Part shown: piece by piece, positions 37,113 to 46,039 of the stretch
Position numbering within the stretch: position 1 is the first letter of the stretch
Layout: the number at the start of each line of letters is the position of its first letter
Assembly: GCA_965215185.1 (NCBI GenBank)
Contig: OZ244034.1
Coordinates: 2,272,001-2,336,000 of the forward strand
Direction: 5' to 3'
Length of the DNA stretch: 64,000 nucleotides
From: Acidimicrobiia bacterium
GTDB lineage: Bacteria; Actinomycetota; Acidimicrobiia; Spongiisociales; ZC4RG35
The notes under the pieces: generated by a model
What the model was told of the DNA's origin: nothing
The model's input: only the letters and a program-made list of their open reading frames with translations
The model's database searches: none
Translations under genes and position numbers: made by a program

Positions 37113-38797
37113 GAGCTCACCAGTTGAGCCATCTGTTCCTGAGCGGAGAAGGTGGCGGGCATGGGTTTGAGTTGACAGCCCTCGACGAAAAGGTTGAAGA
37201 AATCCGGGGTGGTCTCCAACTCGATGTGGGTCACCCACTTGGTCAGTTCCTCCGCCCAGCGGCGCTTTTTAGTGGACAACAACAGAGCACGGGCCCCATC
37301 GACCGCCGCGTTGCCCACCTTGACCACCCGCTCCTGCGCTACCGGCGCAATCAGCCCGATCTCGATGGCGTTGCCGACGTCGAGATAGGTTGCGAAACCT
37401 CCCGCCAGATACAGCCGGTCGATGTCGGCCGGTTGCACCCCGGCGTTGCGCATCACGATGTACTGTCCACAGTAGTTGGCGGCTTTGGCTTGGGCGAGGT
37501 TGCTGGCATCCTCCCGCGAGAAGGTGATACCCCGATCCGGCACCACATCGATGGAGAAACGTTTGCGGTCATCGGTGAATACCCCTCTCTCGGACATCAG
37601 ACCCTTTTGACGGAGGTCGGCCAAGAGATCAACCAGTCCCGAGCCGCAGATCCCCACCGCAGGTTCCCCGCCGATGGTCTCATAGGCAGAGGCTGTTCCG
37701 TCCGATGCCAGCGTGATCGATTCGATGGCGCCGTCGTAAGCACGCATCCCATAGGTGACCAGGCCCCCCTCGAATGCGGGACCAGCTGGGCAGGAAGCCG
37801 CCCACATCCGGCCTTCATGGCTGAGGACCACCTCGGTGTTGGTGCCCATATCGACCAGCATCTCGGTTCGCCCCTCCGCTCCGAGCCGGACCGTCTCCAC
37901 ACATGCCACCGCATCAGCGCCGACGTGGCTAGCCACCAGCGGGATTCCATAGGCCTTGGCTTGGCGGTTGGCGCGCAATCCCAGCGTCCGGGTGTCGGCA
38001 ACCAAGGCCGTGTGGGGACGAAGACCGGCTAGGTATTCGTGTTCCGTGAGGGACTTGTACGGCATCTCTCCGATGCTCTGCACGCTCAACCCGAACAGGA
38101 TGTCACGCATGGTGGAGTTTCCCGCCACCACGATCTCGTAGATATGGGGCGGGCGCCTGCGACGACCCGCCCGCTGGGCCAGATCCCGAGTGCCCTGGTT
38201 GATCGCAGCCACCACCGCCATGCGCAGTTCGTTCGCCACGCCGGGGCGGGCTTCGTAGGAGATCCGACGCATCACGTCGCTGCCGCCGAACTGCTGGGGA
38301 TTCTCGAAGCTGGCCACTCCCAAGGTGACTCCAGACTCCAGGTCCACCAACTCCATGACCACGGTGGTGGTACCGAGATCGATCGCCAAACCCAATATGG
38401 CGCCTCGGTACCTGTCGACCACCGTGTCTCCGTACTTGACCTCGTCACCTGCTCGGGTCACAGCCGGATGAAACTCCATGGGCCGCTCCTGGCCGAAGTG
38501 GCCGCCTTCGAGGATTCTCGGACGTCTCCGCAGTGGAGCGAATCTGATGGAGGGGCCGTCCCGCACCACCAGAGCCTGGCAGGCCAGGCGGTAGTTGCCC
38601 CGGAGGAACCGCTCGGTTTCGGTGCGTTCCACCAAGGCTTCCATCCCCTCGGTGACCTCCACCACACATTCGTGGCACTCCCCGTTGCGCAGACAGGAGG
38701 TGGGTACCTCAACCTCCAGTTCGTCGGCGTAGTCGAAGATGGTCTTACCGGCAAGGAGGGGACAGTTATTGTCGCCGTGGGAAACGGTGCTCATCAA
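37109..38797 (-). CDS. ATP-dependent reductive activator of corrinoid proteins (RACo/ASKHA, 2Fe-2S plus DUF4445)
   Basis: SCLRNGECHEC..RLACQ ferredoxin; DLGTTT, NPQQFGGSDVMRRI, DMGTNTE, AGPAFEG, GICGSG, LAGGF and VGNAA. Confidence 0.92.
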   Translation of the reverse strand: MMSTVSHGDNNCPLLAGKTIFDYADELEVEVPTSCLRNGECHECVVEVTEGMEALVERTETERFLRGNYRLACQALVVRDGPSIRFAPLRRRPRILEGGHFGQERPMEFHPAVTRAGDEVKYGDTVVDRYRGAILGLAIDLGTTTVVMELVDLESGVTLGVASFENPQQFGGSDVMRRISYEARPGVANELRMAVVAAINQGTRDLAQRAGRRRRPPHIYEIVVAGNSTMRDILFGLSVQSIGEMPYKSLTEHEYLAGLRPHTALVADTRTLGLRANRQAKAYGIPLVASHVGADAVACVETVRLGAEGRTEMLVDMGTNTEVVLSHEGRMWAASCPAGPAFEGGLVTYGMRAYDGAIESITLASDGTASAYETIGGEPAVGICGSGLVDLLADLRQKGLMSERGVFTDDRKRFSIDVVPDRGITFSREDASNLAQAKAANYCGQYIVMRNAGVQPADIDRLYLAGGFATYLDVGNAIEIGLIAPVAQERVVKVGNAAVDGARALLLSTKKRRWAEELTKWVTHIELETTPDFFNLFVEGCQLKPMPATFSAQEQMAQLVSS

Positions 38798-39129
38798 TCT
38801 CGGCTTTCCCCGGTGCGACCTCTCCTCCGCTGCTCGGCGTCTCGCTTGATCCTGACGATCTTGTCTCGGGTCCGCTGCTCAGCGCGGGGATTGGACTCCC
38901 AAGCGCTTCGGTAGTCGAAGGTGCCGTCGTGGCCACAAGTGAATTCACCAGGATCATCAGGTACGGGGAGCTGATTGCGACACCGGAACAGCGCGGTGCA
39001 GACATCGTGACGGTTGCGGTACGGGCATCGCGTCAGGGACGATTCCTCGGCGTGGGCAACTATGTCGGAAAAGATGGCGGCCATACGATCAAGCCGCTCT
39101 TGGAAAGATTGCATATCCAAGTCGGACAT
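38794..39129 (-). CDS. Small Cys-rich hypothetical protein inside the corrinoid operon
   Basis: Tightly packed (overlaps the activator start). RCPYRNRHDVCTALFRCRNQ...TCGHD supplies 4 Cys plus His. Confidence 0.75.
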   Translation of the reverse strand: MSDLDMQSFQERLDRMAAIFSDIVAHAEESSLTRCPYRNRHDVCTALFRCRNQLPVPDDPGEFTCGHDGTFDYRSAWESNPRAEQRTRDKIVRIKRDAEQRRRGRTGESRD

Positions 39130-39138
39130 GTGTTCTGC

Positions 39139-39888
39139 TCAGCGGACCTCTACGGCTAGTTTCTTCGCCAACTCCACACAGGCAAGCGCGTCTTTCCCGT
39201 ATCCGTCGGCGCCCACGTCCTTGCCGAACTCAGGAGTAACAGGCGCGCCCCCCACCATGAATCGCACCGAGTCCCTAAGGCCGACGTCCTTGAAAGCCTC
39301 CACCGTTTTGGCCATGTTGGGCATGGTGGTGGTGAGTAACGCAGACATGCCGATCACGTGAGCGTTGTGTTCTCTAACCGCTTCGACGAACTCGGCAGGT
39401 GCGGTGTTGACCCCCAGATCTATTACTTTGAACCCCCCGCCCCTCAGCAACATGATGCAAAGGTTCTTGCCGATGTCGTGCAAATCGCCCTGCACGGTAC
39501 CCATGATCACCGTCCCAACGGGTTCCACTCCCGACGCGGCCAGTATCGGCTCAACATGGGCCATTCCTGCTTTCATCGCCCTGGCGGAGATGAGCACTTC
39601 CGGAACGAACACGTATCCCTCCCGGAATTTGATCCCGACTATCCCCATCCCGGCGATGAGCCCGTCGTCCATGATCTCCATTGCACTCACCCCGCTGTCG
39701 AGGGCTTGTCTGGTGAGCCGTTCCACTGTCGAGGCGTCCCCGTCAATTAGAGCGGCGGCGATGTCCTGCATGTCCGGTGAGCAGCGGCTGAACAGGGTTA
39801 TGTTTCTTTCGATCTCTTCGGGTCGTTCTAGGAACTCCTCGATCTCGTCGCGGATGAATGGGTTGACAATGTCAGACAGTTCAGGCAT
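39139..39888 (-). CDS. Corrinoid (B12-binding) methyl-carrier protein
   Basis: Cap domain (GLIAGMGIVG..FVPEVL), GTVQGDLHDIGKN (DxHxxG), GMSALLTTT and MVGGAPV. Confidence 0.93.
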   Translation of the reverse strand: MPELSDIVNPFIRDEIEEFLERPEEIERNITLFSRCSPDMQDIAAALIDGDASTVERLTRQALDSGVSAMEIMDDGLIAGMGIVGIKFREGYVFVPEVLISARAMKAGMAHVEPILAASGVEPVGTVIMGTVQGDLHDIGKNLCIMLLRGGGFKVIDLGVNTAPAEFVEAVREHNAHVIGMSALLTTTMPNMAKTVEAFKDVGLRDSVRFMVGGAPVTPEFGKDVGADGYGKDALACVELAKKLAVEVR

Positions 39889-39954
39889 AACAGGAAAGGG
39901 TTGGGGTCGTGGTTGGGTAAAGCGGTGTGGTATGTCTCATGATTCTTTCGGGTT

Positions 39955-41013
39955 TCAACTCTCTGCGCCGTTGGGGGGCGGATTGTGGACGACGAGCCGA
40001 CCGTCGGGTCGGTGGGCGTTGGAGTAGTCGCGGGCCGAGTCGGTCAAGGCCATGAGCACCTCCATCTTGGTCCCAAGCGGCACCGAGCCTTCGGGAGCGA
40101 GCCCATTGACCCCTGCTTCAAGCACTCCCATACATGCCTGGTAGGTGTCTTCATAGGTGCCGCTGAACAGGGTGGTGGGGTTGTTGATGTTACCCATCAG
40201 GGACATGCGGTCTCCGGTGATCTCTTTGGCGACGTAGGGATCGACCTGCGACTCGAAGTGAAAGCAGTCCCAGCCCGCTTCGGCGAAATAGTCGATCCGG
40301 TCAGTGGTCTCCCCGCAACAGTGGAAAATGCTCGGCCCGCCGATCTCAACTGTTACTTGTTTGTGCATCTCCAGTAAGAAATCCCGATAAGTGTCGGGGC
40401 TCACCAGTTCCCGGTTGGCGTGGTCGGCCCACATGATCGCGTCGGCGCCCGCCTCAAGTTGAGCGTGGGCTGACATCATGCAGGCGGGAAGCATCACCTC
40501 GAGGTAGCGGCGAATCTTGTCAGGGTCGAGAATCGTATCCATGAGGTAGTTTTCGATCCCCACCAAGTGGTATCCGACCGACCAGGGGCCATACACCTTC
40601 CCCACGATCCCGACATCGGGATAACGCTTGCGAAGCAATTTGATCGCTCCGAGCACTGCCTGGAATGTTTGCCGCTTGAGGTAATCGGAGGGAATCTTGA
40701 AGTCTTCGGGATCGGCGAGCACATGAGCGCTGGTGGCCGGCCAGTTGTCCACCGTTCCCCACCAAGTGGCCGCGTCCAAAGCGTCTGCTTCGAGCTGAGA
40801 ATGGAACACCGGCATGATCGTGTCGAGGCCGAGTTCTTCATGGGCGGTTGCCGCCAGGCGAGCCATCTTCTCGGCGTCAAGGTGGGCTTCCGGAAACCAC
40901 GCATCGGTCATTTCCATCGCTTCCAGAGTCACCACCGAACTGAGGGTCATGGCGGGCACCTTATCGACTCGTCCGCCGTACAACGCGGAGAGGAAACGGC
41001 GGCGAGGAGTCAT
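39955..41013 (-). CDS. MtaA/CmuA-family methyltransferase (URO-D fold)
   Basis: MTPRRRFLSAL, FPEAHLDAEKMARLA, GPWS, AQLEAGAD, FHCCG and MGNINNP. The start may lie further upstream (e.g. GTG 41091). Confidence 0.87.
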   Translation of the reverse strand: MTPRRRFLSALYGGRVDKVPAMTLSSVVTLEAMEMTDAWFPEAHLDAEKMARLAATAHEELGLDTIMPVFHSQLEADALDAATWWGTVDNWPATSAHVLADPEDFKIPSDYLKRQTFQAVLGAIKLLRKRYPDVGIVGKVYGPWSVGYHLVGIENYLMDTILDPDKIRRYLEVMLPACMMSAHAQLEAGADAIMWADHANRELVSPDTYRDFLLEMHKQVTVEIGGPSIFHCCGETTDRIDYFAEAGWDCFHFESQVDPYVAKEITGDRMSLMGNINNPTTLFSGTYEDTYQACMGVLEAGVNGLAPEGSVPLGTKMEVLMALTDSARDYSNAHRPDGRLVVHNPPPNGAES

Positions 41014-41279
41014 CCACTCGCCGGTCAGGCGGGTGAAATTTTCACCCTTGCGCTTTATTATTGCAGGAGAGATGGTTGATCCTTTCCGCACACTAGCCTC
41101 GGCAGGGGAGGATAAGGTTAAGAAACTTTTCTCTAAATAGTACAGCCAGTGCGCGGCCGAACGGCATTCGGGGAGCAGAAGAATCAAAGATTCGACCGCA
41201 CCCTGTGTTATGGCAGCCTACATCCCAAGTAGTATCGACTCGGAGAAGGGCCTGCATAAAAGACAAGGAGCACCTGACT

Positions 41280-42443
41280 ATGACACATGTCCCAGTAAAC
41301 CACATCACCTCGGACGCCGAGCGTGCCCGGCGATACGCCGCCTTACGAGAGGCCATGGCCGGCGCCGGCATGGATGCCTTCGTGATCTGTAGCCGCGGCG
41401 ACGAGTTCGTGCGGGGACGCGTCCAGTATGTCAGCGACATTTTTCAGTGGGCAGGACGCGGTTTTGTGGTTCTTCCCATGACGGGAGAGGCCACCTTCGT
41501 GACCGATCCCCTGTGGGGTACCGGGTTCGCTATGCAGGGACGGTGGTTGAACGATTACCGCCAGCCGGACGACGCCGGCACGGAGATCGGAGCGATCCTC
41601 TCCGATCATGGGCTGGCCAGCGGGACCATCGGAATAGTGGGACTGGCCGACATAACTTCTGTGGCCGATTACAACAGCATGCGAGCGGCCCTTCCCAACG
41701 CCAATCTGGTGGACGCCACCGACCTGTTCGACGACGTGCGGATCATCAAGAGCCAAGACGAGATCGACACCACCATCCACACCGGAAACATCATTCGCCG
41801 AGTGTTCAGTGCCTTGGAGGCAGAGATCCGGCCCGGAGTCCAGGAAGTGGACGTGCTGTCAGAGGCCCATCGCCTCGCTCGCCAGTTGGGCTGCCTAGAG
41901 GGGATCGCCCTGATGGGTCGCGCTCCTTTCGCCTGCTTCGGACCGGGAACCAACGGCGTGATCGAGAGAGACGACATCATCGTGATCGACTTGGAGTGGG
42001 GAGGCCCCATGGGCTATTGGGTCGAAGTTCGCCGGGTGTACAGCTTCAATCCTCCCACCGCCGTGCAGAAGGCTTTCTGGGAGATGCGAGTGGAAAGCTT
42101 CGAAGCTTGCGTGCAGGCCATGAAGGCCGGTGAGTCCTCTGACACGGTTCTCGACGCCCGCGATCGGGTCTACGACGCCTGGGGGTATTCGGCGATGGGC
42201 GCCAACTCCTACACCGCCCACGGCATCGGGGTCGACTCCCTGGAGCCACCCTGGGTACCCGGAAAAGAGCGGACCATGCAAGAGAACATGATCATCAACC
42301 TCCATCCGGCGATCGGTTTCTCGGACCCCGCGGTGGGGGCGGCGCTGGGCGGAATCAGCATCGCCGACAATGTCCTGGTCGGAGCCGACGGCGGAACCCG
42401 GATGGTCGATCAGACCGACGAATGGATCGTGCTCGACGCCTGA
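41280..42443 (+). CDS. M24 pita-bread-fold hydrolase with non-canonical metal site; paralog 2
   Basis: Shares CSRGDEFVRGRVQYVSDIFQWAG, IDLEWGGP.GYWVEVRR and EPPWVPGKER with 24668..25834. ATG follows AAGGAG. Confidence 0.82.
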   Translation: MTHVPVNHITSDAERARRYAALREAMAGAGMDAFVICSRGDEFVRGRVQYVSDIFQWAGRGFVVLPMTGEATFVTDPLWGTGFAMQGRWLNDYRQPDDAGTEIGAILSDHGLASGTIGIVGLADITSVADYNSMRAALPNANLVDATDLFDDVRIIKSQDEIDTTIHTGNIIRRVFSALEAEIRPGVQEVDVLSEAHRLARQLGCLEGIALMGRAPFACFGPGTNGVIERDDIIVIDLEWGGPMGYWVEVRRVYSFNPPTAVQKAFWEMRVESFEACVQAMKAGESSDTVLDARDRVYDAWGYSAMGANSYTAHGIGVDSLEPPWVPGKERTMQENMIINLHPAIGFSDPAVGAALGGISIADNVLVGADGGTRMVDQTDEWIVLDA

Positions 42444-42475
42444 GCGCGGCTGACCGAGAAGCATTTCAAACTACA

Positions 42476-42504
42476 GAAGGCCGGGGCTCAGCGCCCCGGC
42501 CTTC
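42476..42504. terminator. GC-rich hairpin, probable terminator
   Basis: GAAGGCCGGGGC-tcagc-GCCCCGGCCTTC between convergent genes. Confidence 0.7.
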
Positions 42505-42542
42505 CCAATTCTTGCCGAACGCCTGCGCCCAGCTACAGAAAT

Positions 42543-42910
42543 TCAGGCAATCGGATTCACCCAACGCAGTCCGGGAAACCGAGCAAAGTCCCAGTCAGCG
42601 GAGTACGACTCGGCGCCGTGCTCGATGGCTAACACCGCAAAATGAGCATCGGGAGTCAGATTCCCTCCGGTGCCTAGTGGCCCAAGTAAATCTCCCAACA
42701 CGAAGAGATGCCGCCTGGTCGGATGGACGACGGTGACGCATGGCTGTTCCAACCAGGACTCCACCACATCCAAGGATTCTTGAATTCCCATAGGATTTGG
42801 GAAGACCCGTGGCGAGGTTGACAGACGAAGAAAAGCTAGCAACACCGTCCAACTAAAGGCCACGGTCTCCACTCCCGACAGTGCTTCCGTCAACCAGGAA
42901 GCCGCTCTGA
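42543..42910 (-). pseudogene. vapC: VapC PIN-domain toxin, 5'-truncated, no antitoxin
   Basis: WLTEALSG..FLRLSTSPRVF, GNLTPDAHFAVLAIEHG and SADWDFARFPGLRWVNP. The N-terminal xxDxN strand is missing; the remnant abuts the acyl-CoA dehydrogenase stop. Confidence 0.8.
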
Positions 42911-42913
42911 CCG

Positions 42914-44077
42914 CTAGTCGACCACCACTCGCCCGCTGATCAGACCCCTAGCGATCACCATGCGCATGATGTCGTTGGTGCCCTCTCCGATCACCAATAG
43001 GGGGGCATCGCGGTACAGACGCTCGATGTCCAGTTCTTGGCTGTAGCCCATTCCACCGTGGATCCGCATCGAATCCAAGGCATTGGTGCAGGCCACTTCC
43101 GAAGCGAAATACTTGGCCATCCCCGCCTCCATGTCGACACGCTTACCAAGATCGGCCTGGGAAGCCGCCCACCAGACTAGGAGCCTCGCCGCCTGCGTGT
43201 TGGTGGCCATCTCCGCCAGCTTCAACTGGATGGCCTGGAAACCTGAGATCTTGCGACCGAAGGCCTGGCGGGCGTTGGCATAGGCCAGAGCCTGGTTGTA
43301 GGCCTCCTGGGCAATCCCCACCGACCGGGCGGCGATGTTAATTCTTCCGATCTCGAGGCCGCTCATCACCTGCTTGAATCCCCTGCCCTCCACTCCCCCC
43401 ACCAGGTTCTCGACGGGTACCCGAACGTTGTCAAGCTGCACCTCGCAACTCTCGGTGCCCTTGTAACCCAGCTTGGGCAGATCCCGGCTCACCTCGAATC
43501 CGGGAGTTCCTTTCTCGACCAGGATCAGACTCAAGCCCCGATGCGCCGGTTGGGCGTCGGGATTGGTCTTCACCAGCACCGGCAGGGGGTCAGCGTAACG
43601 GGCATTGGTTATCCACAGCTTCGAACCACGGATCACATAGTGGTCCCCATCCCGGACTGCCCGGGTCTTGATGCCTTGCAGGTCGGTGCCGGCGTCAGGC
43701 TCGGTAAGGGCAATCCCGGTACGACGTTCCCCCGACGCCAGATCGGGCAGGAAGCGGTTCTTCTGTTCTTCGGTGCCGTGGCGGGCGATGATGAAACAGG
43801 AAAGGGAGTGGCTGCCCAGTATTCCCGCAATCCCCATCCAGCTTCGGGAGATCTCCTCGAAAACCAACGCGAGAGAAACAAAGTCGGCGCCCATCCCCCC
43901 GTACTCCTCGGGCACCGTGATGCCGAAGAGGCCCATCTGCTTCATCGATTCGACTATCTCGGTGGGGTATCTACCGGAGTGCTCCCATTCCTTCACCACT
44001 GGTCTGATCTCGTCGTCCACGAAACGACGCAATGTCTGTCGGAATAACTGGTGCTCGGGGCTGAGCTCGAAGTCCAA
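42914..44077 (-). CDS. Acyl-CoA dehydrogenase
   Basis: ALTEPDAGTD, GSKLWITN, RQAFG, IHGGMGY and IGEGTNDI. Confidence 0.93.
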   Translation of the reverse strand: MDFELSPEHQLFRQTLRRFVDDEIRPVVKEWEHSGRYPTEIVESMKQMGLFGITVPEEYGGMGADFVSLALVFEEISRSWMGIAGILGSHSLSCFIIARHGTEEQKNRFLPDLASGERRTGIALTEPDAGTDLQGIKTRAVRDGDHYVIRGSKLWITNARYADPLPVLVKTNPDAQPAHRGLSLILVEKGTPGFEVSRDLPKLGYKGTESCEVQLDNVRVPVENLVGGVEGRGFKQVMSGLEIGRINIAARSVGIAQEAYNQALAYANARQAFGRKISGFQAIQLKLAEMATNTQAARLLVWWAASQADLGKRVDMEAGMAKYFASEVACTNALDSMRIHGGMGYSQELDIERLYRDAPLLVIGEGTNDIMRMVIARGLISGRVVVD

Positions 44078-44171
44078 GGCAATGCTCCCGTCTTAGGTTT
44101 TGTGATTCTGGCTTGTCAGTGGCGCCGGATGTGTGACGTCAACCATCTCTCATCCTAGGTCCGGGCGGGTC

Positions 44172-44456
44172 TCAATCCTCCTGCCCCGGCGCTTTCCCAA
44201 AGGCTCCGCCTGCCGAAAGTTCCTCCACCCGGGCATCCGAATAGCTCAAGAATTCCGTCACAATCGGCTCGCAGTTCTCCCTCGCCTCGGCGCCGCCCGG
44301 TAGGTCAACTCGGAAGGGTCTCCCTCGTACCGGACTGGCAGGCGACTCGATCTCTCCCCACAGATGAATGCACCGTCTTGACCCGCAGTTGGCGGTGCAG
44401 GGTGAGCGGAGCCTCCAGAGCTTGGGGAAAATGCGTATGTCCTCCAGAGGACGCAT
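44172..44456 (-). pseudogene. CaiB/BaiF CoA-transferase remnant (start joined to end)
   Basis: MRPLEDIRI (typical start, RBS upstream) is followed within about 290 bp by a typical end: WGEIESPASPVR...EFLSYSDARVEELSAGGAFG. Confidence 0.6.
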
Positions 44457-44669
44457 GGTCAAGACCCCTGACAGTTGCGCTGTTGCGAATGTCGGTTCGC
44501 GCATCGAACCACGAATCATCATGGGTATGTACCCGTGGCGTCGGGAAAGTCGGCTAACCACACCCCTTATGAGTGACATGATCTTTGGTGGGCCAGGTTT
44601 TGCGACCAGCGCCGGTTCCAACCAGACTCTTCACTCGATGACGACGATCCTCTCCGCCCCGGGTCGGGA

Positions 44670-45413
44670 ATGAGTCTGGGCAAAGCCCCCGAACCGGTCG
44701 CCGCCCGGATCACCGCCCGACTCGATCATGTCGCAGTGGCGGTCCCAGCCGCTGCAGAAGCCCTCGTGCGCTGGCGGGATACCTTGGGAGCGGGGTTTGC
44801 CGGGGGCACCCGGCGGGACGGATTCATAACCAGCCAGTGGCGTTATTGCAACGGCCCCAAGCTGGAGCTGATAGAACCCGACCCCGACTATCCAGCCGAA
44901 GATGTCTATCTAGCCGGCTTTTTGGGGAAGTTCGGCGCCCGTATCCACCATGTCACCCTCAAGGTCCCCAACTTGGAGCACACGGTGGACACCTTACGTT
45001 GCGCCGCGATCGAACCGATCGATATCAACCTGGAGCCCCTCTTTCACGAGGCTTTCATACGACCCCGGGATGGAGGGGGATTGCTCATCCAACTGTTGTG
45101 GACGGAGGTGGCTGATCACGAGTGGGAGAACGATCTGGATCTGGAAGTGATCCAGCCTCCTGACCATGGCGCCCACTTGGCGGCGGTGCGGCTGCGCCAT
45201 CCCGACCAAGAGAAAGCCGCCCGGTTTTGGACCATCTTGGGAGCAGACGTGACCCGGGAGCCACCGGGGCTGGTCGCCCGCTGGCCGGACTCGCCATTGG
45301 CGGTTCAGGTCGAACCGGGCCAGCCGGCCGGACCGGATTGCTTGCTCTTCGAAAACACCCCCTCGCTGCCACCCCACCCCCGGCTCGGACCGAAGGTTCA
45401 GGGAGAGGACTGA
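44670..45413 (+). CDS. VOC/glyoxalase-family protein (methylmalonyl-CoA epimerase-like)
   Basis: LDHVAVAV, KLELIEP, IHHVTLKV and EAFIRPRDGGGLLIQL. Confidence 0.82.
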   Translation: MSLGKAPEPVAARITARLDHVAVAVPAAAEALVRWRDTLGAGFAGGTRRDGFITSQWRYCNGPKLELIEPDPDYPAEDVYLAGFLGKFGARIHHVTLKVPNLEHTVDTLRCAAIEPIDINLEPLFHEAFIRPRDGGGLLIQLLWTEVADHEWENDLDLEVIQPPDHGAHLAAVRLRHPDQEKAARFWTILGADVTREPPGLVARWPDSPLAVQVEPGQPAGPDCLLFENTPSLPPHPRLGPKVQGED

Positions 45414-45423
45414 ACAGCCCCAA

Positions 45424-46023
45424 CTATCCGGTGGCCAATCCCTCCCAAATCATGGCGGCGAAGGTGTCGGCCACCTCCTCGGCCGAGAGCTTGCCCTGCG
45501 GCGAGTACCACTGGTAGGCCCAGGCGCACATGCCAATCACACCCAAACTTGCCACCCGCGGCTGCAGATCGGCTCTGATTTGACCGGTTTGCTGGCCCCG
45601 CTGGATGACCCCGAAGAAGATGTCTTCTATTTGATCGCGCTTTTCTTTGACCTCGGCGAATCCCTCCTCGGACAGGAACCGACGCTCGCCGAGGAATACC
45701 GCCACATGTGACCGGTATTGCTCAACGGCTTCCACCGCGGTTGTGATCAGCCCTCGCAGTTGTTCGCCGGGATCGTCGGTGGTGCCCAACACCGTTTGCA
45801 CCGCCGCCAACTGATGATCGATGTACTCGTCATGAATGACCCGAAGCAGCTCTTCCTTGCTGATGAAGTGGTAATAGAAGGCTCCCTTGGTCAGGCCGGC
45901 GTCATCAACGATCGACTGCACCGAGGTGGCCGCGAACCCGTTGCGCTCGAACAGGGTGCGGGCGCTGGACACCAGCGCCTGACGGGTGGCGGTGGTCGAG
46001 TACTTCCTCTTGCTCTCGGGCAC
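45424..46023 (-). CDS. TetR-family regulator (KstR2-like)
   Basis: LFERNGFAATSVQSIVDDAGLTKGAFYYHFISKEELL; C-terminal GMCAWAYQWYSPQG. Confidence 0.88.
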   Translation of the reverse strand: MPESKRKYSTTATRQALVSSARTLFERNGFAATSVQSIVDDAGLTKGAFYYHFISKEELLRVIHDEYIDHQLAAVQTVLGTTDDPGEQLRGLITTAVEAVEQYRSHVAVFLGERRFLSEEGFAEVKEKRDQIEDIFFGVIQRGQQTGQIRADLQPRVASLGVIGMCAWAYQWYSPQGKLSAEEVADTFAAMIWEGLATG

Positions 46024-46039
46024 TGACACTGACTGGACT

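Noticed and set aside
39889-41279. Cobalamin riboswitch or pyrrolysine read-through in the corrinoid operon
   Set aside because: No B12-box or GGGAA core recognised upstream, and no in-frame TAG in the methyltransferase.
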